Shown one piece after another: positions 23,847 through 38,269 of a stretch of 64,000 bases of DNA. The position numbers were made by a program, and so were the translations under genes. A model generated the notes under the pieces. That model saw only the letters and a program-made list of their open reading frames with translations. It did not search any database and was not told the DNA's origin. Position 1 is the first letter of the stretch, and each line of letters starts with the position of its first letter. Source of the DNA: Octopus vulgaris (Eukaryota); NCBI GenBank assembly GCA_951406725.2, contig OX597828.1, positions 15,996,001 through 16,060,000 of the forward strand. The letters run 5' to 3'.

Positions 23847-24360
23847 TACTACCACTGCTGCTGCTGCTGCTGCTGCTGCAGCTGTTGTTGTTGTTGATAA
23901 TGCCAGTACTACAACCTTCACCTTGTCATCATGGTTTTTCCTGATTACCGCGAATAACACCGCTACTAATCTTCACCAGTACCTTAACCACCACCACCAG
24001 CACCACCAACAACAACACCAACACCACCAACACCAACAACAACAACACCACCGCCACCACTACCACCATTACCACCACCACCATCACCTGCACCATCAAG
24101 CCATCACCGCTACCACTTCGATCAAGACCACCGTTGTCTTCATCACCGAATGCTTTCACCCGAGCAACCACCACCACCGCCACCACCGCCACCACCACAT
24201 CACAAGTACCATAACACCATACATCTTCAATACTACGAATACCAAGCTACCACGCCGACGCTTGCCACCACTATCACCACCACCACCACCATCGCCACCT
24301 CGACCAACATCACCACCTCCACAACCGTCACCATCAATACCACCACCACTAGCACTACTT
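23624..24360. repeat. Compound (CAC)n/(ACT)n/(GCT)n/(CAA)n low-complexity tract
   Basis: Directly visible. Confidence 0.9.
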
Positions 24361-24801
24361 TTACCCTCCACCCCCCACTACTATTATCGTTTATTACCAC
24401 GAATACTTCGGCGTTAATAGAATTACTAAACTAGCCAAAGACCGCCTTTAACTGTTGTATAATTGCCCCAAACGGAAAGACGTCATTATAGCCGAGGCGG
24501 CGGCGATGGCGATGGCCACAACGGTAGCGACTGCGAGGATGGCAGCGATGGCGGCGAAGTCATCGGCGGATGGTTGTCGTCGTCGACGTCGCCGCCATTA
24601 CTGTCTCTTCGCTGCGCCGTCTTCGTCGATGGCGGCCATCTTTCAATGTTAAATCCCTTTCAACTACTGAAAACTGAATATCACACGTTTAATTATCATC
24701 AATAGTATAAAAGTGAAGTTTAGGGCGAGCTGGCGTTTGTCCAGGAGCACAGAAGACAATATTAAATTAGCATTGGACGTTATACTGATGACTACGCACT
24801 A

Positions 24802-24850
<49 letters not shown>

Positions 24851-24942
24851 CAAATACACACATACACAAAGATGCGCTCGCTCGCAAACAAAGCTACTCT
24901 CACACACATGTGCGCGCACACACAAAACACACACAAACACAT

Positions 24943-24973
<31 letters not shown>

Positions 24974-25070
24974 CACATACGCATACACACACATATGTAT
25001 ATGCATTCACACACTTACATATATTTATACACACATTTACATATGTATATATACACAGGTGCACATTTTC

Positions 25071-25173
<103 letters not shown>

Positions 25174-26035
25174 ACTGTACGTTTATGCATTATGTGCGGG
25201 TGTGTGGACATGCAATATCTATAGAATATATAAACATACAAACGTACACATATATACACACGTCCATATAGTCACACATAGATACATGCTTACAATTGCG
25301 CCATATATAAACATATATATTGGCATATATATATATGTACATATAAAAGCACATAGTAACACGCACAGACACCCTCACAAACACACACAGACAGATAAGC
25401 ACTCGCATGCACACACATAAAAACAGTGTCACTCAATCATAGACAAACGCATACATAGACAGACACACCAGGGCAAACAACCACTTAGACAGTCTTACAA
25501 ATACATATGCACACACTTATACAGGCAATCCCTTTGGATATTGCCATAGGCGCATGCAGACGGAGGTAGACAGTTACCCACCCATACTCCCTTTCTGTCG
25601 CTATTTTTCTCGGCCTCTCTCTCTCTCTCTCTCTTGGTCTTTCTCCTTCAATCTTTATCTCACTCTCCCTCATATGAACAATGTCACACATACAGACTTA
25701 AACATGCAACACACACACATAGAAAAGCATACATGGACACACACACAGACACACACGCGCACAAGCACAGAAACACACACACAGACACTGACATTAGCAT
25801 GCAGTAAAACATACATATATATGCAGAAACATGCTCACATACAAATGCTCACACACACATACACACGCACACGGACAGGCACTCAGATTCGGATATGCAC
25901 AGACGCGCACGCAAGCAAGAGACACACATACTCATAAACACACATACACTTACTTGAATACCTACACACACACACACACATACATCTACACACACACAGA
26001 TATATAATACATATACATATGTGTGTATGTGTGTA

Positions 26036-26084
<49 letters not shown>

Positions 26085-26091
26085 GCACATG

Positions 26092-26133
<42 letters not shown>

Positions 26134-26740
26134 TATACATATATAGGTATGTATATAGTTATATATGTATATGCATATACATGTGTGCACATATATATAT
26201 ATACACACCCATATGCATATATACAAATATACACATGCATGTATATATACATATATATATATATTTATGTATACGTCTGTGTATATATATATGTGTATGT
26301 ATAAACACATACACATACAAGCACACATACACACACACATATATATATATATATAAAGCCACAATAAATAACATTGCTTGTGAATCCCTTTATGCAATTC
26401 ATCATTTCTAATTGTGTGGATTATTATTACATTCCCTGCAGCCCTAGGGTGAGTGGAAGAGTGATGGGGGTGGTGGTGATGGTGGTGGCGGTGGTGGTGC
26501 TGGTGGTGGCGGCGGCGGTGGTAGATTTAGTGACGGTAGTGGTGTTGATCGTGCTGGTGGTTGTGGTGATGCTTGGGTGTGGGTGGAAGGAGTGAGGATA
26601 AGAGTGACCACTGTTATCTCCCAAGACAGGCAGTCGAACACACGAACACACGAAACACACACACAGAGATGCATGCACGCACACACGCACGCAGACACTC
26701 ACAGACACTCAGATACAAACACACAATTGTATTTGTATAC

Positions 26741-26818
<78 letters not shown>

Positions 26819-26876
26819 ATCTATGAATGCGCACTAATATATATGTATACATATACATACATATATATGTGCGTGT

Positions 26877-26917
<41 letters not shown>

Positions 26918-26929
26918 TACACACACACA

Positions 26930-26985
<56 letters not shown>

Positions 26986-27139
26986 TATGTATATAACTTC
27001 ATATATATGTACACGTAAGCACTTTCGAAATCGCCAGTGCACATATACCACACACATACACGCATACATACAAAACACGTGTGTATAAGCAGATACGTGT
27101 GCACACACGACTGCCACATTTCGAATACCCTCCTATATG

Positions 27140-27215
<76 letters not shown>

Positions 27216-27418
27216 CACACATTTACATCTTCACTAGTTATTACCGATAATTACAGTACCGTCTTGTCATACACGTTGACCTGCAATGCTTTTATAATTA
27301 AGCTTCCGTCATCGTTGTTCCTTATATCATTGGAAATAGTTCAGACTCAAATAGACTCATGAATATTCTGCTTCACAGCTTCATGAAATTTGACCTAACA
27401 CAAAACTGCCTAAGACAT

Positions 27419-27452
<34 letters not shown>

Positions 27453-27468
27453 TACACATATCTGTGTG

Positions 27469-27587
<119 letters not shown>

Positions 27588-27949
27588 ATCTGACCGAGTG
27601 GACAAACGAAAGAAAGTAGCACTCATCACAATTGGTAGGCGATACATGTATTGCAGTATATTATAACAGTTTGAATCAGCTACACGCTACTTAGAAGTTT
27701 CGTAGACTCCTAGAATCGAACCTATTTCGACAAGAATTCCACCTGTCTCTAAATGCCTGACGTCTAAAGAAATAGGTTCGGGTCTGCGAGCCTACGAAAT
27801 TTTACGTAGAATGGAGCTAAGTATAACTTATTAGATAATATATTACATATGGCCCTTCCTTCATCACTATTTCTACTAAAGCCAACCCGTCCTCCTCGTA
27901 TCTTCTCATCGCGTATCCGCATCGTGTCCAACCTCCCAGGACTAAACGA

Positions 27950-28745
27950 TTTATCACATCGTTTGGCATCACATTACATAATATCTTATCATACCATATG
28001 ACATTACCTCACATCACATCATATAACCCCCATTCCATCTCGTCCCATGACGTCTCCCATCAGATTTAATGCCTTCCCAACATGTCCCATTACATCATAG
28101 TACATCTCTTTGTATTACTACTTGTCAAGACATCTCATCACATACAAATCCGTCACATTTCAATCATACTCCGACCATATTCCATCCGGTTCCAGCCAGT
28201 GCCATCATATTTCATCACATCCTTTCACATCATATCATACTGCAGCTCTTGAATCCCACGTCATCTTATTGCCACCCAATTCCATGCCACCCTATCCTAC
28301 CCATCACATTCTATCCCCAACTATATATATCCTTATAACAAATCCTATAACAGCACATCAATTACATCACATCACTCGTATCCCATTACATCTGATCAAT
28401 CACATGCCACGATATCATATCAATCATATCCTATCCCAGCACATCAATCTCACCCCACTACATTACATCAGTCACATCCACCACATTACATCAATCCCAC
28501 TACATCACATCAATCACTATCTCACATCAATCACATCGCACCGTATCACATCAATCTCATTCCACTGCATCACATCAGTAGCCCCTACATTACATCAGTG
28601 ACATACCACCACATCACGCCAATCACTTACCATTACATTGCGTCAGTCACATCCCGCTACATCATATTAGTCACATTCCCCTTCATCATATCCATCACAT
28701 CCCTCTACATCAAATCAATCACAACCCATTGCATCACATCACATT
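27950..28745. repeat. Highly degenerate CACAT/CATCA-type repeat tract
   Basis: Recurrent CACATC and ATCACA words with G depletion. Confidence 0.6.
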
Positions 28746-29195
28746 GTTAGCTTCCGAATCAGGCAGATAAAACATCAACCTGCTTGTGTGGTTGGTATCT
28801 AGGTCTGTTTGGATATGTGGTGGGTGCGTGGGTGGATGGGTGGATGGATTAATTTGTTGATGGGTGGTGTGGGGGAAGATGGACGTGTGAACGCCTGACT
28901 AAATGGGCTGACAGACGGAGGAATGGCTGAGTGGAATGATGGATGGATGGAAATTTGGATGGAGAGATTGATTATGTGTAGGTATGTATGTGTACGTACG
29001 TACGTACATATGTATGTATGCATGTATGTATGTATGTATGTGTGGTGTGAATGTATGTGTGGTGTGAATGTATGTGTGTGTGTGTGTGAGTGTGGATCAA
29101 CTGATCACTGGATTGTCAGATGAAAAGGATGGAAGTATGGTTATATAGATGTATGCATGTGTGTGTGTGTATTTGTAATATATATATATATACAT

Positions 29196-29231
<36 letters not shown>

Positions 29232-29247
29232 GTGGACGTAAATGTGT

Positions 29248-29279
<32 letters not shown>

Positions 29280-29283
<4 letters not shown>

Positions 29284-30100
29284 ATGAACTGATCGCTGGG
29301 TAGTCAGCATCAATGAATGGAAAGATGGACGTATGAATGGATGTTTAGACGGGTGGTTGGTTAAAAACATGGATGGATGGATTGATCGGTGGATGGATGG
29401 ACAGGCTGATGATCTGATTGCCAAATAGTCGGATTAAACGTATGGATGAGTGTGTAGACGCTTGGATTGGTTTTTGAATGGATGGTTGGATAAAAATATT
29501 AACAAACAGACAGATAGTTGAATGGATGGTCCTGATAAACGGATGAATGAATGGATGGGTAGATAGATGCGTAAAGGAATGGGTGTATGGGTAGCCAGTT
29601 AGATGGAATACTCGATAGAAAGTCAGCTGAACGGATGGATTAGCAGAGAAAGAGGATGGCGGGAAATGTTGACGAATGTCCGGGAGGCCAGCTGGCTGGA
29701 TAGTTCAATGTATAGATGGATAGATTGATGGACTGATGGATCAGTGGAGGTGCGAGCAGAAGGCTGGAGGACGGGATGGGGAGGTGGTTAAATGGATAGA
29801 TGGATGGACCGGCAGATGAATCAACAGGTGGATGGACGGATGGATGGATAGATAACAGTTGAATGACCGTAAGGGCATACGGATGGACGGATGGATGGAT
29901 GGATGGATACAGGAATGGATGGATGAAATGATAGTTGTATAAGTGATAAGATAACCAGAAGATTGGAATGATGGACGGATGGAACGATGGATGAATGAAC
30001 TGGAAGAGCGATCAGTTGAACAGATGGATGGCTATGCGGGTGACTAGATAACTTGATGATTGCAATGATGGACAGATATAATGGTACATGGATGGATGGA
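29280..30100. repeat. Degenerate (GGAT)n tract
   Basis: Recurrent GGATGGAT. Confidence 0.7.
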
Positions 30101-30246
30101 TTACAATAAGTGACAGAAATACGTTCATATACATACATACATACATACATACATACATACACACACATTCATCCTTCCATCCATTCATTCATCCATACAT
30201 CTGTAAACACATATATACATTTCTTTGTGTATATACACGTACACAC

Positions 30247-30292
<46 letters not shown>

Positions 30293-30340
30293 AAAATATA
30301 TATACATGCACACATACATATGGCATATATATATATCTAT

Positions 30341-30418
<78 letters not shown>

Positions 30419-30498
30419 GTATACACACACACACACACACATATATATATACATGAAGTGTATATATATATAATATATACATATATGTGTCATCAAAT

Positions 30499-30552
<54 letters not shown>

Positions 30553-30634
30553 GTCTGTCTATCCATCTATCTGCAAATCTATATATATATATATATATAT
30601 GTATAGTCATGTAAATATGTATGCATATGTATGG

Positions 30635-30673
<39 letters not shown>

Positions 30674-30707
30674 TATATATTTGCATATATATAAATACAT
30701 ATATATA

Positions 30708-30771
<64 letters not shown>

Positions 30772-31195
30772 CATACTATATAGGCACATATACACACACA
30801 CGCACACCCACACCCACACGCACACACATACACGCACGCACACACACACACATACACGCACGCGCACACACACACACACACACACGCGAGCGCGCAAACG
30901 CACCGGTGAAGTTGCTGCATTCAGGATGACGAGATCGTGTTTTCAATTTCCGGACTGAGCGGTAAGTTGTGTTGTCGAGCAAAACACTTCATTTCACGTC
31001 AATCTGAGTTCATTTCGACATCAGACGCGTGGCACACAGTGCACCTGTACTGGCAACGATTTGATGGAGGGTGTCAGCCAATGTCACATACAGCACGATC
31101 ATTTGATCCCTACACACAAATCATTTGTCCCTGTTGCCCAGCAAGAAATTGCGCAACGCTCATCTGTCGTCAACGAATGAAGAGTCTTCACAACG

Positions 31196-31269
<74 letters not shown>

Positions 31270-31306
31270 AATCAATCTATGTGTGTATATGTATATATAT
31301 ATATAT

Positions 31307-31375
<69 letters not shown>

Positions 31376-31530
31376 TTCAAAGTGCAAGACCGCTAGGTAG
31401 TCAGCCGTATGCTAGAAATAGATCACCAACGATCAAATTACAAAGAATGTTCTCTAGAGGAAAATTCAGCGAACACCAGAACAATTAGGCGAGCAAGACA
31501 GATGAAAATTATATAAAAAACCCCAGAATT

Positions 31531-31610
31531 AATCACATACCGGCGGTTTCAACTATTAACAAAAGAATTACTTGCATAATCCAAATGTCCGTAGTTTCGT
31601 CAGTGCGATC
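31531..31610 (-). ncRNA. Type I hammerhead ribozyme, apparently intact
   Basis: Minus strand: GATCGCA-CTGACGA-AACTA...TAGTT-GAAA-CCGCCGG-TA-TGTGATT; all three stems pair, GUA triplet. Confidence 0.8.
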
Positions 31611-31616
31611 GTTCCG

Positions 31617-31684
<68 letters not shown>

Positions 31685-31719
31685 CAAAGTGGAGTTGTAG
31701 GGTACTGCACTAGTGGAAT

Positions 31720-32261
31720 TATATACGAAAGAATGTTTGAAAATGCAATTTAAAAGATGTTTATTTACTTTACCGACTTCACTCTTTGGAAAAAGATTGT
31801 CAAAAGTAACATGTAGAAGTTTGGTTGTGTTAATTATTGGTTGCTACAAATTGCTACATTACATATATACACTCTTTGGTAACAGGGACATGTTAAGGAC
31901 ATAAAAAAGTTCAACAAGTTCCTTAAAATATTGGGCACAAAAGATCACTACATAAATAATCGTTCTCAAGGACATGCTTAAGATAGTTTCCAGAAGGAAT
32001 TGATATTGGTATTGTATCTGTATATTCAAACATGCACCTTTTGTGCCCAATATTTTAAGGAACTTGTGGAACTGTTTTATGTCCTTAACATGTCCCTGTT
32101 ACCAAAGACTGTATATATGTAATGTAGCAATTTGCAACAACCAATAATTAACGCAACCAAACTTCTACATGTTACTTTTGACAATCTTTTTCCAAAGAGT
32201 GAAACCGGTAAAGTAAATAAACATCTTTTAAATTGCATTTTCAAACCTTCTTTCGTATATA
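31720..32261. mobile_element. Fold-back MITE with about 224-bp TIRs and a 94-bp spacer (Tc1/mariner-like termini)
   Basis: 31720-31943 is the reverse complement of 32038-32261 with about 9 substitutions counted by eye; termini TATACGAAAG...CTTTCGTATA sit in TA context. Confidence 0.8.
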
Positions 32262-32630
32262 TATATATATAAGTATATATATGAATATACATATATACAT
32301 ATATACATACATATATACACACACACACATATTATTATATATTATTATTAATATCAAGAAATCAATATTAGAAAATTCTTCAGAAAGATATATACGTGTA
32401 TGTGTATGTGTGTGTTTTAAATAATTGATAGGGAAGACAGTTTACTGTAAGCTTTATTTAGCAGGACGATTGTTTCGGCTTACATCTACACTGCTTTCTA
32501 GAAAGTGGGGAACAATATAATGGAATCGAATGCACCTTACAGTGTTGAAGAAACCTAATCATTACAGTGTTATAACGAGTACATTTCACTACACGCACGC
32601 ACGCACACACATACACACTCGCACACATAA

Positions 32631-32676
<46 letters not shown>

Positions 32677-32688
32677 GTACATAAACAT

Positions 32689-32762
<74 letters not shown>

Positions 32763-33054
32763 AATTCAAAAGCCGGCAGAATCTAAATTGAGGGAAAATT
32801 GCCTGCTATTTCAACCACTCTGAAATTAAGGTTAAATGTATCTTTCACCTATTTGAGATGGATGAATATAAATGGAGGGAAAATTAGCTGTTACTTTTAC
32901 CAGATCTTACGATACTGGAGAGTTTTCTTAAACGATCCTTTAGAACCGCAGTGCAATGCATTCTAGCCGTGACCATTACATCAGATTTTCTTTTTAGGAG
33001 AGGTGCGAAATTTAGACTAAATTAACGTGTCCTCTATTTACAGCGGCAGAATAT

Positions 33055-33293
33055 ATCTTTCTGTATTACCCACAAGGGGCTAAACATAGAGGGGACAAAC
33101 AAGGACAGACAAAGGGATTAAGTCGATTACATCGTATGTAATCAGTGCGTAACTGGTACTTAATGTATCGACCCCCAAAAGGATGAAAGGCAAAGTCGAC
33201 CTTGGCGGAATTTGAACACAGAACGTAACGGCAGACGAATTACGGCTACGCATTTCGCCCGGCGTGCTAACGGTTCTGCCAGCTCGTTGCCTT
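33055..33293 (-). mobile_element. SINE family B, full length, with 14-bp TSD
   Basis: TSD CAGCGGCAGAATAT at 33041-33054 and 33294-33307; head, MESC-like core and tail present. Confidence 0.9.
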
Positions 33294-33942
33294 CAGCGGC
33301 AGAATATTAGTTGAGGAAGAAATGGCTTCTATTTTTATCAGATCTAGTGACTACGGAGAGTCTTCTTATATGCTTGATTCATTAGAACCTGTATCGTCCA
33401 GGCGTGTTGTCCACTATCCCATACAACTCTACCAATCACGCTCTCTGTCGTCAGGTTAATCAATCAATTGATCGTTATTGATTTATTTCTTTTGTGCAAG
33501 CTGGATAAATGGATAATTAGAATGAAATGCTTAATTTTTGTCCTCCCTATCAGATGAATTCGTCAATGGTTGATTAGCTTCATTCACTAACGGAGAGGGT
33601 GTCTCTACAAGATAAACACTTGCTATACATACTACGCTTTGCCAGTCAACAAACCAATACACAGCTATCAACAAACATATACACGCCATACAAATTCATT
33701 GAAGCTATACACATGCATTGCATTTCAACGAAACTATACACAGTATTTCAATTCAAAGTGGCTATATATAAATCTATACATTGCGAACGAAGCTATATAA
33801 CAGCATTGCAAATCCAACGAGCAACGAGGCTATATACGCCATTGTAAGCCAGCAAAGCTCTAAACATTCCATTGGTTGTTCACGAAACTATATATAGCAT
33901 TTCAATTGAAAGAGGGTATACACACATACAAGCACACAAACA

Positions 33943-33987
<45 letters not shown>

Positions 33988-34271
33988 CATACATGCAAAC
34001 ACACACATACACACAAACACACACACACATGCACTTACTGGCGCACGCATGTATACATTCAGATATATAATTCATATAAAACCCATATACATATACATGT
34101 ATATATGTATGTACATGTATGTATATATATATATATATCTATATATATGTATGTATATTTATGTATATATGTATTTATTACGTCATATATATACATATAG
34201 AGAAATATATATATATACCTATACTTCTATCCCTGTCATCATATATATATATATTTATATATATATATAAG

Positions 34272-34320
<49 letters not shown>

Positions 34321-34920
34321 GGAGAGCAATGCAATTCATTGAAGCTATATACAGCACTACAAGTCAATAATGCTATACATACCATTGTAGTTCAACGAAT
34401 GTATACACATTTCAGTTGAAAAGGGCTAAATAAACCACATAAACATTACCACAAAGCCACAAACGTTTTATCTGAATGGGCGAAAGAATGGCAGTGTGGT
34501 TAGGTATTTCGCTTCGCAAATATGGGGTTTCGGGTTCAATGTCCATAGTGCAGATGTCTTCTATACCTGATTCGGGTCAACTAAATCCTTGCGAGTGAAA
34601 TTTGACAAACGCTATGGAATTCCGTCGGCGATATCGTTCTAGCGTTTCGCATAAATATCGCCTGGTTTGACACCAACAACCATGTAGCGGAGTTCACAAA
34701 CTGGAAGCATTTTCATCAGCTCTCCGCACTGAGAATAACTTTCTCCTTTATTTTCATCCACCACGGAGATCCTGAAATGGTCACTATCTTCTTTACTCTG
34801 ACACAAACCATTAAAAAATAGTGCTAAGAATCTGTACAAAATATTCTGTATGCCACATTTTCATTAACAGTCCAAGGAAGATATCCACGGCAAATACAGT
34901 ATATATATATTCACACACAC

Positions 34921-34966
<46 letters not shown>

Positions 34967-34977
<11 letters not shown>

Positions 34978-35136
34978 AGGGAAGACCTGTAAGTGGACAT
35001 CCATTAAGCTAGAAGAAAATCCGCTATGGCGTATGCTAAATTTTCTTGAGAACATTCCTTTCTTAGTGGTAAGACCATGGCGGATCTTCTTCTAGCATAG
35101 TAGATGTCCACTTACAGGCCATCCTCTTATATGTAT
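34967..35136. mobile_element. Small MITE or hairpin with about 60-bp imperfect TIRs
   Basis: ATACATATAAGAGG..CCTGTAAGTGGACATC..GCTAGAAGAA..TCCGC is inverted at 35077-35136. Confidence 0.7.
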
Positions 35137-35306
35137 GTAATATAATTTTTTTCTGAAACTTCAGATTTTTCAATATGCTAGACTACTGGTTTTAAGTTGA
35201 TATTAATCAAATTAACATTCAATTTTCCACCCTTATTATTATCATTCTTCTTCTTCTTCTTCTTCTTCTTCTTCTTCTTCTTCTTCTTCTTCTTCTTCTT
35301 CTTCTT

Positions 35307-35372
<66 letters not shown>

Positions 35373-35375
35373 AAA

Positions 35376-35592
35376 GTGGCCAGCTGGCAGAATCGTTAGC
35401 ACGCCGGGCAAGATGCTTAACGGTGTTTCGTCTGTCATTACGTGTCTGCCTTTACGTTCAAATTCCGCCGAGGTTGGCTTTGCCTCTCATTTCTTCGGGG
35501 TCGATAAAATAAGTACCAGTTGAATACTGGGGTCTATATAATTGACTTAATCTCTCCCCTAAAATTTCGGGCCTTGTGCCTGTAGTAGAAAG
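35376..35592 (+). mobile_element. SINE family B (alternative tail subtype)
   Basis: GCTGGCAGAATCGTTAGCACGCCGGGC head; tail CCCCTAAAATTTCGGGCCTTGTGCC. Confidence 0.8.
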
Positions 35593-36129
35593 TATTATTA
35601 TTATTACTATTAAAATTTATATTATTCTTTTCTTTTTTAACTCAGGTTTTGTTGGAACTCCTGGAATCTTGCATGCTTAGCGAGTTTGCTACTTGCTGCT
35701 TAGAGTACCATGCTATCTGTTTTTTTAAAAACTCTCTAATACTTTCTTGATGCTTCTAGCTGTGCCGTGGCAGCAAGCCATTTTTAACGACCTCTCTTCG
35801 TCGCATCCGGTTGATCTCGAACCTGCACCATTCAAGCACGATTCATTCGTCCCTCCACCTTTCGCTACCATTGATGCATGTAAGTACTTCTAGAGTTAAA
35901 GGACTGATCTTTGTCCTTCATCCCCAGAACACAGGCCCTCTCATGTCTGCCAGCAGGTGTTGATCTGATACAGTTAAACCAAACATTAACGACACCAGTT
36001 TCTCTAGTCTGGAGGGAAAAACCTGCAAGGGCCAAAAGCTCTGCTCTTTTCTGAAGTCTCAGCAATCAAAAAAGAATTAAAAAATATTTGGAGGGCGTTG
36101 AATACGAACATGTATATATACACATAAAA

Positions 36130-36527
36130 GCAGGCATGGCTGTGTGGTAAGAAACTTGCTTCCCAACCACATGGTTCTGGGTTCTGTCTCACAGCGTGGC
36201 ATCTTGGCCATGTGTTTTTTACTATAGCCTCGGGCCGACCATAACCTTGAGAGTGGATTTGGTAGACGGAAACTGATAGAAGCCCGTCGTATACACACAC
36301 GCACACATATATTTGTATGTGTGTATCTGTGTTCGCCCCCCCCCCTCCGCCATCGCTTGACAACCGAAACTGGTGTGTTTATGTCCTCGTAACTTAGCGG
36401 TTCGACAAAAAAAAACCCCGGTAGAATAAGAATCAAGGTTAGGTTTAGGGTCGATTTCTTCGACTGAAATCCTTTAAGGTGGTGCTCCAACATGGCCGCG
36501 GTCAAATGACTGAAACAAAGAAAAGAA
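36130..36527 (+). mobile_element. SINE family A, full length
   Basis: Colinear with 9896 and 13095. Confidence 0.85.
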
Positions 36528-36710
36528 TATGCATTGTAATTCAATGAATCCATGCTGTGTGCGTTTTCTTTGCCTCCCACTACCTTTATTTTTATCTACT
36601 CCTCCCTTCCTCGAACTGAACACCACCTCCTCCTTCTACTCGCCTTGTGTCATTGTTTCATTCACCTTCATTTTGTAATAGTGGCTTTCTTCATACATAG
36701 TGGCTATGTA

Positions 36711-36806
36711 TATAGTAGAAGACACTCGCCAAAGGTGCCACGCAGTGGGACTGAACCCGGAACCATGTGGTTCATAAGCAAGCTACTCACCACACAGCCA
36801 CTCCTA
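36711..36806 (-). mobile_element. SINE family A head
   Basis: Reverse complement of GGAGTGGCTGTGTGG...GGTTCCGGGTTCAGTCCCACTGCGTGGCACC. Confidence 0.8.
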
Positions 36807-36925
36807 CATCTGCGAATCCTTTTATGGACTGTCTCAATGCTTCTAGTTTCATTCAGTCCCGGATGTTACCCTATTCGCAACATTGTGTTGAGTCAACGAA
36901 GCTGTATCTAGAGAGACAGAGACAG

Positions 36926-36992
<67 letters not shown>

Positions 36993-37924
36993 GAGCGCGG
37001 GGAGAGAGTAGAAAGAGAGGGGAGAGAGTAGAAAGAGAGGGGAGAGAGGAGAGAGAGAGAGAGCCTTGCAATTCAAAACCCAACAAACTATGGAGGCTAA
37101 TGCAAATCAACAAAGTTATATTTAAACCATAATAATTGAACAATGCTATACACAAAGAGAAAGTCAACGAAGCGATAGACAAAAACATTGCATGTCAACG
37201 TAACACAATCCGTAAATAATTACATAGTTCTTCTCTTAATTTCATCAATATGTTCCAGCTCTGAATGGTAGTGTTTTAGAATTAGCAGATTCTAGTTAGT
37301 TAAATAATATGGTCATGGATTTGGAATTATAATTGGATTGGGATTGTTGACTGTCAGTTAGTTGGATAAAATTTTATCGACTCAACTGCAACCAACAATC
37401 TCATTTTGAGATATACTGATAGGAAATAATAGCGAGCATGTATACAAATTAGAGGTGTTACTAGACAAATATATGCATGGAAGTGGATAATGAAGAGTGA
37501 TTATATAAGCATGCTCGCGCGCTTGTCTGTCTGCGTGTGTGTCTGCGTGTGTGTGCAAATATACGAATAACTATATACATGTATGTGCATAGAAGCTTTG
37601 TAGATATGTCTTTCACCGATCCCCCAAAAGGTCCACAACGTAAAATGTGCAACAATCACCATGGGAACGTCTGCTTCTTTAAACAATCACATCTTAGTGG
37701 GCCTACTACCAGCGCCATTTGAAAATCCATTCACAGAGAGAGTGAGTGAGAGAGAGAGAGAGAAGGAGAGAAAGAGAGAGAGAAGGAGAGAAAGAGAGAG
37801 AGAGAGGGAGAGAGAGATTAGACATACGACTGTCCCGGCCTGGTTCTTCTTTACGTTGAGTCATTTTCAGAAAGATCTCCCCGATGCCAGTAATACGCTT
37901 CTGTGTTGACAAACTGCCCTGTCC

Positions 37925-37990
<66 letters not shown>

Positions 37991-38000
37991 CGCACACACC

Positions 38001-38269
38001 TACATATATAGTGTACTGGAAAAATGCGTTAGATGTAGGGATCGCTATATCAGCAGCACAATCCCGACATTTCATGCCAGGATTAAGGAACATCTACATA
38101 TCCGCGCTTTGCTGGTCCAGAAAGACCTCGACAGATACCGTAACTGTGAAGTATGTATATCAGTTTAGCTATTGACCGGAATACTGGTAACCTCGGAATC
38201 AAGGAGGCTGTTCTTATCAAGAAACATAAACCAAAAATCAACAACAGAACCGAACTGAATACGAACTAG
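38001..38269 (+). pseudogene. Penelope-like GIY-YIG endonuclease remnant
   Basis: CVRCRDRYISSTIPTFHARIKEH and, after a frameshift, LGIKEAVLIKKHKPKINNRTE* match the CxxC...YIGxT...RIKEH and LxIKEAxxI...PxIN motifs. Confidence 0.75.

Noticed and set aside
23575-24417. 280-aa His/Thr/Ala/Pro-rich ORF with an ATG start
   Set aside because: Built almost wholly from (CAC)n-type repeats that are stop-free by composition; no conserved domain or clear splice context.
34640-34725. Possible minus-strand hammerhead (CTGATGA...GAAACG)
   Set aside because: Could not form convincing stems I and III or an NUH site.
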